Of a stretch of 32,471 nt of DNA, positions 6,253 through 16,926 are shown one piece after another (the stretch's first letter is position 1; every line of letters starts with the position of its first letter). The notes beneath the pieces were generated by a model. That model made no database searches. It was not told where the DNA came from and saw only the letters and a list, made by a program, of their open reading frames with translations. Both the position numbers and the translations under genes were made by a program. This DNA comes from Pseudomonadota bacterium (lineage in GTDB: Bacteria > Pseudomonadota > Gammaproteobacteria > Burkholderiales > Burkholderiaceae), in NCBI GenBank assembly GCA_039805525.1, contig JBDLUB010000001.1:1-32471 (forward strand). Reading direction: 5' to 3'.

Positions 6253-8151
6253 TTATGCCAATAGCATTTGATTAATGCGTTTTACAAATCCTGCGGGATC
6301 CTGTAATTGACCCCCTTCCGCAAGCAATGCCTGGTCAAACAAAATTGTTGCCCAATCGTCAAATTGCTTATCCTCGTATTTTAATTTGAGAACGAGTGGG
6401 TGCTGCGGATTAATTTCTAAAATCGGTTTGCTATCCGGGGCCTGTTGGCCTGCGGCCTTAAGCATTCGTAATAAATTTGCGGAGAGCTCATGCTCATCAG
6501 CAACCAAGCACGCTGGCGAATCGGTCAGGCGTAATGTAACCCGGACATCCTTCACTTTGCCATCAAGGGATTTTTTCATACGCTCGATCAAATCCTTGTA
6601 CTGCTCTTCGGTTTCCTTTTGCTCCTTTTTCTCAGCCTCATCGGCCAAGGCACCTAGATCAAGACCGCCTTTTGCAACCGATACCAAGGCCTTACCGTCA
6701 AACTCATGGAAATAGGACAACATCCACTCATCGACTCGATCCGATAGCAGCAGAACCTCAACCCCTTTTTTCTTGAAGATCTCTAGGTGGGGGCTATTCT
6801 TGGCAGCGTTATAGGATTCACCGGTAACGTAGTAAATCTTATCTTGCCCCTCCTTCATGCGACTGACATAGTCAGCAAGCGCAACCGTTTGCTCGGCAGA
6901 ATCAGTGTGGGTACTCGCAAAGCGCGCTAATTTCGCAATCCGCTCTTGATTGCCGACGTCTTCTCCGATCCCTTCTTTAAGAACCTGACCAAACTCTTGC
7001 CAAAACTGAGCATATAGCTCTTTTTTAGCAGTATCCTCACTATTAGCCAACTCCTCGAGCATGGTTAAAACTCGCTTGGTTGAGCTCTCACGGATAGTTT
7101 TGACATCGCGTGATTCTTGTAAGATTTCACGAGAGACATTCAATGGTAAATCGGCAGAATCAATCACACCCGTGACAAAGCGAAGGTACATGGGCATTAA
7201 CTGTTCAGCGTCATCCATGATGAAGACACGTTTTACATAGAGTTTGATGCCATTGCGCTTATTACGATCCCACAGGTCAAAATTAGCTTTCTTGGGAATG
7301 AATAAGAGTTGAGTGAACTCGCTACGTCCCTCAACCCGATTATGTGAATACGTTAGTGGGTCTTCAAAGTCATGGGAAATATGTTTATAGAACTCTTTGT
7401 ACTGCTCGTCAGTAATTTCTGACTTGGGTCTAGCCCATAAGGCAGTTGCTTGATTGATGGTCTCAAACTCATCTTTTATAACTTGCTCTTTTTTTTCTTC
7501 GTCCCATTCCTCTTTCTGCATCTGGATGGGCAAGGAAATGTGATCCGAATACTTACGAATGATGGATTTCAATTTCCAAGAAGACAATAACTCGTCTTCG
7601 CCTTCGCGCAAGTGTAAGGTGATCGAGGTACCACGCTCAGGACGATTGATGGTTTCAATCGTGAATTCGCCAGCACCTTGAGACTCCCAACGCACACCCT
7701 CCGAGGCGGGTAAGCCCGCACGTCGCGTTTCCACGATGATGTTGTCAGCCACGATAAATGCTGAATAAAAGCCAACACCAAACTGACCAATCAGAGCAGC
7801 ATCCTTTTGCTGATCGCCGGAGAGTTTTGCAAAGAACTCTTTGGTGCCTGAACGGGCGATGGTTCCGAGATTGGCAATCACTTCATCCCGGCTCATGCCA
7901 ATCCCGTTATCACTGATGGTGATGGTTTTGGCTTCTTTATTGAAGCTGATTTTGATCTTTAACTCTGGATCGGACTCGTACCAATCCGGATGGGTCATCG
8001 CCTCAAAGCGTAACTTGTCAGCAGCATCCGAAGCGTTTGAAATGAGCTCTCGTAAAAAGATTTCCTTGTTGGAATACAAGGAATGGATCATTAACTGCAA
8101 AAGTTGTTTTACTTCAGCCTGAAAGCCAAGGGTTTCTTTTACTGTGCTCAT
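6253..8151 (-). CDS. htpG: Chaperone HtpG (Hsp90)
   Basis: [40 protein letters not shown] and [12 protein letters not shown]. Start moved to MSTVKE at 8151. Confidence 0.98.
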   Translation of the reverse strand: MSTVKETLGFQAEVKQLLQLMIHSLYSNKEIFLRELISNASDAADKLRFEAMTHPDWYESDPELKIKISFNKEAKTITISDNGIGMSRDEVIANLGTIARSGTKEFFAKLSGDQQKDAALIGQFGVGFYSAFIVADNIIVETRRAGLPASEGVRWESQGAGEFTIETINRPERGTSITLHLREGEDELLSSWKLKSIIRKYSDHISLPIQMQKEEWDEEKKEQVIKDEFETINQATALWARPKSEITDEQYKEFYKHISHDFEDPLTYSHNRVEGRSEFTQLLFIPKKANFDLWDRNKRNGIKLYVKRVFIMDDAEQLMPMYLRFVTGVIDSADLPLNVSREILQESRDVKTIRESSTKRVLTMLEELANSEDTAKKELYAQFWQEFGQVLKEGIGEDVGNQERIAKLARFASTHTDSAEQTVALADYVSRMKEGQDKIYYVTGESYNAAKNSPHLEIFKKKGVEVLLLSDRVDEWMLSYFHEFDGKALVSVAKGGLDLGALADEAEKKEQKETEEQYKDLIERMKKSLDGKVKDVRVTLRLTDSPACLVADEHELSANLLRMLKAAGQQAPDSKPILEINPQHPLVLKLKYEDKQFDDWATILFDQALLAEGGQLQDPAGFVKRINQMLLA

Positions 8152-8190
8152 CGGAAATGTCCTTTTTTGTTCAATTTTTGATTGCTTTAC

Positions 8191-8218
8191 ATATTGGGGC
8201 AGCTTAAGCAATTTCAAG
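8191..8218 (-). promoter_or_regulatory. sigma32 (RpoH) heat-shock promoter of htpG
   Basis: Minus strand CTTGAA-N13-CCCCAATAT, close to the CTTGAA-N13-14-CCCCATNT consensus, 40 nt upstream of htpG. Confidence 0.8.
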
Positions 8219-8287
8219 AGCCTAAATCGTATCGATAATCGCCTACAATAGGGGTCCTGCCCCCAGCTATAAACCTGAGATCGGCGT

Positions 8288-9646
8288 ATGAAAAAGCTTT
8301 ATATCAAAACATTTGGCTGCCAAATGAATGAGTATGATTCGGACAAAATGGCCGACGTGCTTCATTCAGCCCAAGGCATGGACCAAACGGATCAAATTGA
8401 AGATGCTGATGTCATCTTGCTCAATACCTGTTCCATCCGAGAAAAAGCCCAAGAAAAAGTGTTTTCTGATTTAGGACGTTTGCGGGAGCTAAAGCAGTTA
8501 AAGCCTAACCTTTTAATTGGCGTAGGCGGATGTGTTGCCAGCCAAGAAGGCAAACAAATTATTAATCGTGCCCCGCATGTGGATTTTGTCTTTGGCCCAC
8601 AAACCCTGCATCGTTTACCAAAACTAATTGATGAGCGACTCGCCACTGGTCAATCGCAAGTGGATATCTCATTTCCAGAAATTGAGAAGTTTGATCATCT
8701 CCCACGCTCACGTCAGACCAAAGGTTCCGCCTTTGTCTCCATCATGGAGGGCTGTTCAAAGTACTGCAGCTACTGCGTAGTACCGTACACACGCGGTGAA
8801 GAGGTATCTCGCCCCTTTGAGGATGTACTCACTGAAATTGTGGGCCTAACCGAACAGGGTGTGAAGGAAATCACTCTATTAGGTCAAAACGTCAATGCCT
8901 ATCGCGGGCTCATGGGCCATACATCAGAGATTGCTGATTTTGCCCTGCTCCTCGAATACATGTCAGAGATACCGGGGCTGGAGCGGATTCGATTTACCAC
9001 GAGTCACCCAAAAGAATTTACCCAACGCCTAATTGATGTCTATAACCGAGTCCCGCAATTAGTAAGTCATTTACACCTTCCCGTACAGCATGCCTCTGAT
9101 AAAATTTTGTCGGCAATGAAACGAGGCTATACGAGCTTAGAGTTCAAAAGCATTATTCGCAAAATGCGCTCTGTTCGTCCCAATCTCTCGCTTTCAAGTG
9201 ACTTCATCGTAGGCTTTCCTGGGGAAACCGAAGCTGACTTTGAGAAGCTAATGGATATGGTGACCGAACTGCAATTTGATAATAGCTATTCATTTATCTT
9301 TAGTCCTCGGCCCGGCACTCCTGCAGCCAATCTAGAAGACGATACGCCCTATGAAGTCAAATTAAAGCGCTTGCAACGTTTGATTGCGCAAGTTGATTCT
9401 CAAGCACTTACGGTCAGCCAAGCAATGTTAGGTAATGATGAGCGCGTCCTGATTGAGGGCTTAACGAGAGATAAGGCACATTTACTAGGGCGTACTGAGA
9501 ACAATCGTGTCGTCAATATCGTGATCCCTGAAGGAGATGCTGATCAAAGCGCAGTCGATCAATGGATTGGACAGATGTTAGAGGTTAAGGTCACCGAAGT
9601 TCTAAAGCACACTCTACGCGGTGAAATTATTCATTCTTTGGTTTAG
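8288..9646 (+). CDS. miaB: tRNA methylthiotransferase MiaB
   Basis: [31 protein letters not shown], radical [11 protein letters not shown] and a C-terminal TRAM domain. Confidence 0.98.
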   Translation: MKKLYIKTFGCQMNEYDSDKMADVLHSAQGMDQTDQIEDADVILLNTCSIREKAQEKVFSDLGRLRELKQLKPNLLIGVGGCVASQEGKQIINRAPHVDFVFGPQTLHRLPKLIDERLATGQSQVDISFPEIEKFDHLPRSRQTKGSAFVSIMEGCSKYCSYCVVPYTRGEEVSRPFEDVLTEIVGLTEQGVKEITLLGQNVNAYRGLMGHTSEIADFALLLEYMSEIPGLERIRFTTSHPKEFTQRLIDVYNRVPQLVSHLHLPVQHASDKILSAMKRGYTSLEFKSIIRKMRSVRPNLSLSSDFIVGFPGETEADFEKLMDMVTELQFDNSYSFIFSPRPGTPAANLEDDTPYEVKLKRLQRLIAQVDSQALTVSQAMLGNDERVLIEGLTRDKAHLLGRTENNRVVNIVIPEGDADQSAVDQWIGQMLEVKVTEVLKHTLRGEIIHSLV

Positions 9647-9654
9647 ATTGATTA

Positions 9655-10104
9655 ATGAGCCAAACCTTAAACCTTGATCTCCAGTTTGCTACGCAAGCCC
9701 TGCAAAATCAGGTTTTGAGGATTACGAGTTTGGCGCAAATTCGTAAATGGGCTGGGGCCTGTTTTCAATACAAGGCAATGATCACGCTTCGGTTTGTAAA
9801 TCAAGCCGAGGCTCATGATCTCAATCTATTTTTTCGCGGCTTTGATAAGCCGACCAATGTTCTCACTTTTTCCTATCCAACACAGGGAAAATCGATCGAA
9901 GCAGACATTGTTTTATGTCTTCCAATCCTGCGCAAAGAAGCTAAAGAACAGCAGAAGCCGCTCGTGGCCCACCTCGCCCATCTTTTGATTCATGGCTGCT
10001 TACACGCCAAAGGCTATGACCATTTAAAGCCAAAAGATGCCAAACAAATGGAAGCCTTAGAGATCAAGATATTGCAATCGCTTGGCTTTGCAAATCCTTA
10101 CTAA
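9655..10104 (+). CDS. ybeY: rRNA maturation RNase YbeY
   Basis: DKPTNVLTF and HGCLHAKGYDH metal motif; C-terminal GFANPY. Confidence 0.95.
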   Translation: MSQTLNLDLQFATQALQNQVLRITSLAQIRKWAGACFQYKAMITLRFVNQAEAHDLNLFFRGFDKPTNVLTFSYPTQGKSIEADIVLCLPILRKEAKEQQKPLVAHLAHLLIHGCLHAKGYDHLKPKDAKQMEALEIKILQSLGFANPY

Positions 10105-10158
10105 AAATGATTCGTTTGCTGGAGAGTCATCAAAATGTTTTATGCTGTCTATTAATTT

Positions 10159-11004
10159 ATGTCAAATAGCCTGATTGATCGCCTAAGCGCGTTTTTTTCT
10201 GACCAGTCTTCTGATCCCAAAGCGCAGCGCAAAGAGTTGATTGAGACTCTTCGTGAAGCCCAAGCCGAAGGGCTTATGGATGCCGATGCCCTTTCAATGA
10301 TCGAGGGAGTTTTTCAGGTTGGCGAATTATCCGCTCGCGATATTTTGCTACCTCGCGCCCAGATTGACTGGATTGATATCAATGCGCCCTTATCTCAAAT
10401 CATTGCGGATGTGGTTAAAACTGGTCACTCGCGCTTCCCAGTGTATGAAGGCAATCGAGATCAAGTCATTGGGATTCTATTAGCCAAAGATCTCTTGCGC
10501 CATTTCACTGAAAAGGATTTTCAGGTTCGCGACTGGCTTCGGCCAGCTGTATTTATTCCTGAATCAAAACGTTTGAGTGTACTGCTCAAGGACTTTCGCA
10601 ATAACCGTAATCATTTAGCTATTGTGGTCGATGAATACAGTGGTGTGGCTGGCATGATTACGATTGAGGATGTGATTGAGCAAATTGTTGGTGATATTGA
10701 AGATGAGCATGACATCGATGAGGACGCCGACAATATCACCGTCTTAAAAAATGGCGACTATCGTATCAAGGGCATGACCGAATTAGAACAGCTCAATGAT
10801 GAGTTAAAAACTGACTTCTCGGCAGAAGATGTAGAAACCGTTGCCGGGCTAGTCATTCAACATTTAGGTCGAGTACCAAAATTTGGCGAGCGGGTTCGTA
10901 TTGATGGTTATGAATTCGAGGTCCAACGTGCCGATCCCCGTCAGGTCCATATTCTTCTGATGCGCCGCATTGCAACCCCCAACGTTTCTACCACCGATTC
11001 TTAA
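10159..11004 (+). CDS. corC: HlyC/CorC family CBS-domain protein (YbeX)
   Basis: GHSRFPV, GILLAKDLL, VVDEYSGVAGMITIEDVIEQIVG and a CorC C-terminal domain; conserved position between ybeY and lnt. Confidence 0.9.
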   Translation: MSNSLIDRLSAFFSDQSSDPKAQRKELIETLREAQAEGLMDADALSMIEGVFQVGELSARDILLPRAQIDWIDINAPLSQIIADVVKTGHSRFPVYEGNRDQVIGILLAKDLLRHFTEKDFQVRDWLRPAVFIPESKRLSVLLKDFRNNRNHLAIVVDEYSGVAGMITIEDVIEQIVGDIEDEHDIDEDADNITVLKNGDYRIKGMTELEQLNDELKTDFSAEDVETVAGLVIQHLGRVPKFGERVRIDGYEFEVQRADPRQVHILLMRRIATPNVSTTDS

Positions 11005-12528
11005 TTGCAAAGTAGTCGTCTTCAGGCCAATCCCGTTGTTTATGGCGCCTTACTTGTTTTTTTAGGGGTTCTCTTAGCAGTCGCGAGTGAGCTTCCCTTT
11101 AGTGGCTACATTCAAATTGCCATATTTGCTTATGTTCTATACATACTGGGCGGGAACGGCGAGGCAAAATCCAGTCAGGCATTTCGGGATGGATACTTAC
11201 TTGGCCTGGGCTATTTTGTAATCGCTCTTTGGTGGATTTTTATTAGCCTACACGATGTTGGTGGAATGACAGTCTGGTTATCAAGCCTTGCTGTTTTCGC
11301 TCTAGCCAGTCTCATGGCGATCTATTTTGGATTAGCTAATCTGATTGCAAAGCAAGTTACTTATTCTGCGTGGCGATCTCTTGCGATACCTGCCGCATGG
11401 GTGCTAACCGAATATTTGCGGGGTCAGATCTTTACTGGCTTTCCCTGGATGGGATTTGCCGAGTCGCAAGTAAATGGTCCATTTGCCAATATTGCACCCT
11501 ACTTCGGCGGCCTAGCCTGTACCTTTTTATTTATCTGGACCGCCTTGCAATTGAGTCGACCCCGACTACGAAATATCGTTGGCATCGTGGGAGTGGTTGT
11601 AATTGTCCAGATCTTGGGAATGTGGTCCTTCACCAGCCCCAAAGACTCACCCATCTCAGTGCGACTGATCCAGGGAAATTTTGAACAAAGCCTCAAATTT
11701 AATCCCGCTGAAATTCTCAAACAGATTCATTTTTATCGTGATGCAATTGTTAAAGCCCCGGCTGACTTAATCATTGTCCCTGAGACTGCATTCCCATGGC
11801 CCGAGGCAGATATTCCTGATCAGTCGATTGAACGCATTCAAACGTTTGTGAATGAGACAGATAGTCATGTATTACTTGGCTTAATTGGCAAAATTACTAA
11901 AGGCGATACTGCGGTTCAGTATTCCAATCGAGTCAGCGGGTTTTCTAAAGAGCAGTCGATCTACCGCTACGATAAACATCACCTAGTTCCTTTTGGCGAA
12001 TTTATTCCTCCAGGTTTTCAGTGGTTTGTGGATGCTTTTAAAGTGCCGATGAGTAACTTTGCCAGAGGATCGATTGATCAAGCCCCATTTTCAATTCGTC
12101 CCCGCTCCAATACAGATCGCCCCCTTTATGCAGCCATCTCAATTTGCTACGAGGATATTTTTGGTAACGAAATCGCCACCCGAATTCGTAATAGCCAAGA
12201 TCCAGTTAATCTTTTAGTGAATGTGACCAACTTGGCTTGGTTTGGCCAATCGCAAGCCCCCATGCAGCAATTGCGCCTCTCCCAATTGCGCTCTCTTGAA
12301 ACTGGCCTGCCCAGTTTACGCGCCACTAATACCGGAATCACTGCAGTGATTGATGAGCGTGGACGAGTCATAGCAAGCCTTCCCCAATTTGTGCAGGGCG
12401 AGCTTGAGCTGCGTGTACAAGCCTTTGAGGGACGAACGCCTTATGTGATCTGGGGTAATTGGCCAATTTTGATCTGGGTACTTTTTACCTTGGGGATTGG
12501 CTATTGGCGAAGAACACGACCGAACTGA
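11005..12528 (+). CDS. lnt: Apolipoprotein N-acyltransferase
   Basis: TGFPW and the E-K-C triad in VPET, YDKHHLVPFGEF and ICYED; RATNTGIT. Confidence 0.96.
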   Translation: MQSSRLQANPVVYGALLVFLGVLLAVASELPFSGYIQIAIFAYVLYILGGNGEAKSSQAFRDGYLLGLGYFVIALWWIFISLHDVGGMTVWLSSLAVFALASLMAIYFGLANLIAKQVTYSAWRSLAIPAAWVLTEYLRGQIFTGFPWMGFAESQVNGPFANIAPYFGGLACTFLFIWTALQLSRPRLRNIVGIVGVVVIVQILGMWSFTSPKDSPISVRLIQGNFEQSLKFNPAEILKQIHFYRDAIVKAPADLIIVPETAFPWPEADIPDQSIERIQTFVNETDSHVLLGLIGKITKGDTAVQYSNRVSGFSKEQSIYRYDKHHLVPFGEFIPPGFQWFVDAFKVPMSNFARGSIDQAPFSIRPRSNTDRPLYAAISICYEDIFGNEIATRIRNSQDPVNLLVNVTNLAWFGQSQAPMQQLRLSQLRSLETGLPSLRATNTGITAVIDERGRVIASLPQFVQGELELRVQAFEGRTPYVIWGNWPILIWVLFTLGIGYWRRTRPN

Positions 12529-12593
12529 TTTTTTAACAAGTCCTTGGTTTGCCGAGTAAAATCAAGGTCTTATCTAAAAAATCATTGTGTAGC

Positions 12594-13475
12594 ATGCTAA
12601 CGTTTCAACAAATTATTCTCAAACTTCAAGATTATTGGGACCAACAGGGTTGTGCGCTGTTGCAGCCTATCGATCTCGAAGTTGGAGCCGGTACCTCGCA
12701 TACAGCCACTTTTTTGCGAGCCATTGGTCCCGAACCCTGGAAGGCAGCCTATGTTCAACCTTCACGCCGTCCCAAGGATGGTCGTTATGGTGAAAACCCA
12801 AATCGCTTACAACACTACTATCAATACCAAGTTGTTTTAAAACCAGCACCTGCGAACATCTTGGATTTGTATCTAGGTTCCTTAAAGGCTTTGGGGCTTG
12901 ATCTGAAGCAAAACGATATTCGTTTCGTGGAAGATGACTGGGAGAACCCGACCTTAGGGGCATGGGGCCTTGGTTGGGAGGTTTGGCTTAATGGGATGGA
13001 AGTGACTCAATTTACGTATTTTCAACAAGTGGGTGGCTTAGATTGCAAACCCGTGTTAGGTGAGATTACCTACGGAATTGAACGTTTAGCGATGTACTTG
13101 CAAAACTGCTCAAACGTCTTTGATCTTGTCTGGACAGACGGTGTGACCTATGGTGATGTATATCACCAAAACGAAGTAGAGCAATCGCGCTATAACTTTG
13201 AGCACTCCAACACAGAGTTCCTGTTCGCAAACTTTAATCAGTACGAGAGCGAAGCAAAGCGCCTAATGGAGCAAGCGCTTGCACTACCTGCGTATGAGAT
13301 GGTTTTAAAAGCAGCCCATACATTTAACCTTCTGGATGCGCGTGGGGCTATTTCAGTCACAGAGCGTGCTGCTTATATTGGTCGTATTCGCAATCTATCA
13401 CGATTGGTCGCGCAAGCGTATTACGAATCACGCGAACAATTAGGCTTTCCCATGTTGCAAACCAAAGCGCATTAA
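12594..13475 (+). CDS. glyQ: Glycine--tRNA ligase alpha subunit
   Basis: [34 protein letters not shown] and [12 protein letters not shown]. Start moved to ATG 12594. Confidence 0.98.
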   Translation: MLTFQQIILKLQDYWDQQGCALLQPIDLEVGAGTSHTATFLRAIGPEPWKAAYVQPSRRPKDGRYGENPNRLQHYYQYQVVLKPAPANILDLYLGSLKALGLDLKQNDIRFVEDDWENPTLGAWGLGWEVWLNGMEVTQFTYFQQVGGLDCKPVLGEITYGIERLAMYLQNCSNVFDLVWTDGVTYGDVYHQNEVEQSRYNFEHSNTEFLFANFNQYESEAKRLMEQALALPAYEMVLKAAHTFNLLDARGAISVTERAAYIGRIRNLSRLVAQAYYESREQLGFPMLQTKAH

Positions 13476-13490
13476 GGCATTAATTTCTAT

Positions 13491-15620
13491 ATGAACCATC
13501 TCCCCTTACTGCTCGAACTATTTACCGAAGAGCTTCCCCCAAAATCACTCAAACGTTTAGGCGAATCCCTTTCACAATCGATTTACGAAAGTTTAAAGAA
13601 AGCTCAGTTACTAAGCGCCAGTAGCACCTGTGAGTCTTTTGCCAGCCCTCGACGGTTAGCAGTTCTCATTAGCGATGTATTGGATCAAGCGCCAGATTAT
13701 CCGGTGCGAGAGAAACTGTTGCCACTCTCAATTGCCTTTGATGCACAAGGCAAACCCAGTCAAGCGCTTACTAAAAAGTTGGCAAGCTTAGGTCACTCTG
13801 ATACTCCACTGAATCAACTGGAACGCAGTGGTGAAGGTAAAAATGAAGCACTTTATTTAAATATGATTGCCATAGGTGCGCGTCTTGAATCGACATTACA
13901 ACAGGCCCTAGTGGATGCAATTCATCATTTGCCGATTGCAAAGATGATGCATTACCAGATTCAAACGCAATCAGGTGCAATTGAGGAAGTTCAATTTGCA
14001 AGGCCTGTGCACCGCATCATTGCATTACACGGATCGAAGACGCTTGCGATTCATGCCTTGGGAATTGATGCAAGCAAGCAAACTGAAGGTCATCGTTTTT
14101 TATCCTCCGGGATTATTACCATTGGCGATGTGCAGGAGTACGAGGCCCGACTTGAGGCTGCAAAAGTAATCCCTTCATTTGCCAAGCGCCGCGCTTACAT
14201 TGAATCTGAGTTACAAAAGGCTGCCAACGGCCTGCGGGTTTTAATGCCAGACGCTCTTTTGGATGAGGTTACTGCCTTGGTAGAGTATCCGGCGATCTAT
14301 ACCTGCGAATTTGATCCTGAGTTTTTGAAAGTTCCTCAGGAATGCTTGATTCTGACGATGCAAACCAATCAAAAATACTTTGCTTTAATCAATCAAGATG
14401 GCATGCTAAGCAATCGCTTTCTCATCGTCTCGAATATACAAACGGATCAACCAAGGTCAATTATTTCTGGGAATGAGCGTGTTATTCGCCCCCGTTTGGC
14501 TGATGCTCGCTTCTTTTATCTGCAAGATCAAAAGCGCACTCTAGAATCACGCGTTCCTGATTTAGCCAAGGTGATTTATCACAATCAATTAGGAAATCAG
14601 TTACAGCGTTCTGAGCGGGTCCGAGCTATAGCCAATGAAATTGCTAGCAGCCTGAATCAAACTGGATTACAGCTTAATCTACAAGAGGTTGACCGGTCTG
14701 CACAACTTGCCAAAGCCGATCTGTTAACGGATATGGTTGGCGAGTTCCCAGAACTCCAAGGGGTCATGGGGCGTTACTACGCCTTAGCTAATCGTGAAGC
14801 ACCCGATGTCGCTGCCGCGTGTTACGAGCACTATCTTCCTCGGTTTGCTGGGGATTTTCTGCCACAAACCTTAGTGGGAACCGTATTGGCGATTGCCGAT
14901 AAATTAGAAACTATTGTTGGGATTTGGGGCGTCGGTCTTGCGCCCACAGGCGATAAGGACCCCTATGCACTGCGACGCCATGCCTTGGGCATTTGCCGGC
15001 TGCTAATAGAAAAGAATCTACCACTCAATCTCAAGCAACTCATTGGTCTTGCAAAGCAGCAGTTTTCGAATCTAGCTTTGAAGATCGAGATTGATGAAGA
15101 GCTTATCTATCAATTTATTCTGGATCGATTAAAAGCATATTTAAAAGATCAAGTCGTTGATGGAGCTACATTTAGCCCCTTAGAGATTGATGCGGTACTA
15201 AGTACCCATCCGCAAAAAATCAATGACCTAATTGCACGTTTATTGGCCATTCGAAGTTTTAATCAATTACCGCAAGCAGCTGCGCTCGCAGGGGCCAATA
15301 AACGAATTAGCAACATCCTGAAGAAGGTTGATGGTAAAGTGAATGTGGAGATCAACTCGAGTTTGCTCACCATTGCAGCTGAAAAGAATTTATATACCGC
15401 CCTTACTCAATTACAACCGCTACTCGATCAGAAACTCCAAGCCCAACAGTTGATTGATCTATTGCAAGATCTAGTCTCGCTCAGCGAGCCAGTGGATCAA
15501 TTCTTTGCCGATGTCATGGTGATGGATGAGAATATTGAGCTTCGAAATAATCGTCTTGCTCTACTACAGCGCCTCCACCAACAAATGAATTTAGTTGCTG
15601 ATATTGGCAAACTTGCATGA
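13491..15620 (+). CDS. glyS: Glycine--tRNA ligase beta subunit
   Basis: LLELFTEELPPKSL, PRRLAV, EFPELQGVMG, DKDPYALRR and RNNRLALL. Confidence 0.97.
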   Translation: MNHLPLLLELFTEELPPKSLKRLGESLSQSIYESLKKAQLLSASSTCESFASPRRLAVLISDVLDQAPDYPVREKLLPLSIAFDAQGKPSQALTKKLASLGHSDTPLNQLERSGEGKNEALYLNMIAIGARLESTLQQALVDAIHHLPIAKMMHYQIQTQSGAIEEVQFARPVHRIIALHGSKTLAIHALGIDASKQTEGHRFLSSGIITIGDVQEYEARLEAAKVIPSFAKRRAYIESELQKAANGLRVLMPDALLDEVTALVEYPAIYTCEFDPEFLKVPQECLILTMQTNQKYFALINQDGMLSNRFLIVSNIQTDQPRSIISGNERVIRPRLADARFFYLQDQKRTLESRVPDLAKVIYHNQLGNQLQRSERVRAIANEIASSLNQTGLQLNLQEVDRSAQLAKADLLTDMVGEFPELQGVMGRYYALANREAPDVAAACYEHYLPRFAGDFLPQTLVGTVLAIADKLETIVGIWGVGLAPTGDKDPYALRRHALGICRLLIEKNLPLNLKQLIGLAKQQFSNLALKIEIDEELIYQFILDRLKAYLKDQVVDGATFSPLEIDAVLSTHPQKINDLIARLLAIRSFNQLPQAAALAGANKRISNILKKVDGKVNVEINSSLLTIAAEKNLYTALTQLQPLLDQKLQAQQLIDLLQDLVSLSEPVDQFFADVMVMDENIELRNNRLALLQRLHQQMNLVADIGKLA

Positions 15621-16189
15621 CCGTTAAAGTCGATAAGCTCATTATTTTGGATCGTGATGGGGTGATTAACCAAGATCGTGACGATTATGTGAAATCATGC
15701 GATGAGTGGATCCCGATTCCCAATAGCTTAGAAGCGATTGCATTACTTTCTCAGGCAGGCTACACCCTGACTATTGCCACCAACCAATCGGGTATCGCAC
15801 GTGGCTATTACAGCCTAAATGAATTGCATGCGATGCACCAGAAAATGATGGATTTGCTCAAACCACTGAGTGGCAGGATTGATAGTATTTTCTTTTGCCC
15901 CCATACTGATGCCGATCACTGTGACTGCCGCAAGCCTAAACCGGGCTTAATGCAGCAAATTGCAAACCGTTATTTAAAAAGTCCTGCAAATCCCGCATTG
16001 CCATTAAGCAATGTTCCTATCGTGGGCGATTCATTACGTGATCTTTTGGCAGGAACGGCTCTGGGCGCCAGTCCGCACTTGGTCCTAACAGGGAAAGGTC
16101 GCGATGTTAAGAGGGCTGAGTTACCTAGCAATACTCAGATCCATGAGGATTTGATGGGTTTTGCGCAATCAATTTTGGCGCAGTCATGA
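15617..16189 (+). CDS. gmhB: D-glycero-D-manno-heptose 1,7-bisphosphate phosphatase
   Basis: LDRDGVIN HAD motif, TNQSGIARG, CPH..CDCRKPKPG and VGDSLRDL; ATGA overlap with glyS. Confidence 0.93.
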   Translation: MTVKVDKLIILDRDGVINQDRDDYVKSCDEWIPIPNSLEAIALLSQAGYTLTIATNQSGIARGYYSLNELHAMHQKMMDLLKPLSGRIDSIFFCPHTDADHCDCRKPKPGLMQQIANRYLKSPANPALPLSNVPIVGDSLRDLLAGTALGASPHLVLTGKGRDVKRAELPSNTQIHEDLMGFAQSILAQS

Positions 16190-16926
16190 TTTGGCTTCGT
16201 TCACTTCTTTTTTTTATTAGTCTTGTAACGTACACGCCGCTGTATGCAGTTTTCTGCTTAATTACATTTCCATTTCTAAATGAGCATGCTCGCTATCGCA
16301 TCATTCAGTTCTGGGGTCGAAGCATTATCTTTTTCCTAGAATTCTTTTGCGGCGTTCGGTTTGAGGTTCTAGGAAGGGATAATATACAGGCAGTGATTGA
16401 TCAGCCTGTGGTCATTCTTAGCAAGCATCAATCGGCTTGGGAAACGATCGCGTTCTTACAGATTTTTCCTAAAGAGCTTTGCTATGTATTTAAACGTGAA
16501 CTGTTATGGATTCCATTTTTTGGTTGGGTGATTGGATTGCTGAACATGATTCATATCAACCGTTCGGACACAGGTGGCTCTGCAATATCAGTTGCCAATC
16601 AAGGCAAGGAGCGTTTAAAGGCGGGTAAGTGGATGATTTTGTTCCCTGAGGGCACCCGAACACCCGTTGGATCCCATAAGCCTTATCGTAAGGGTGGGGC
16701 CCGCTTAGCCGGACTCACGGGAGCAACCGTATTACCAGTCGCCCACAATGCCGGGCGCTACTGGCCACGAAATAGCTTTTTGAAATACCCTGGGCGCATT
16801 ACAGTCTCCATTGGACCGTCAATACCCTCCCAGGGCAAATCTGGGGATCAATTACATGAGGCCGTAGAAACCTGGATCGAGGCTGAAATGCGACGAATTG
16901 ACCCAACAGCCTATCAAGCCAAATAA
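16186..16926 (+). CDS. plsC: 1-acyl-sn-glycerol-3-phosphate acyltransferase
   Basis: KHQSAWET, KRELLWIPFFGW and FPEGTR. Confidence 0.9.
   Translation: MIWLRSLLFFISLVTYTPLYAVFCLITFPFLNEHARYRIIQFWGRSIIFFLEFFCGVRFEVLGRDNIQAVIDQPVVILSKHQSAWETIAFLQIFPKELCYVFKRELLWIPFFGWVIGLLNMIHINRSDTGGSAISVANQGKERLKAGKWMILFPEGTRTPVGSHKPYRKGGARLAGLTGATVLPVAHNAGRYWPRNSFLKYPGRITVSIGPSIPSQGKSGDQLHEAVETWIEAEMRRIDPTAYQAK

Noticed and set aside
6386-8122. Antisense ORFs within htpG (6386..6715, 7841..8122)
   Set aside because: Shadow frames of a conserved gene, with no recognisable motifs or translation signals.
8202-8209. GCTTAAGC palindrome in the htpG promoter spacer as a CIRCE-like operator
   Set aside because: Only 8 bp, and it does not match CIRCE (TTAGCACTC-N9-GAGTGCTAA).
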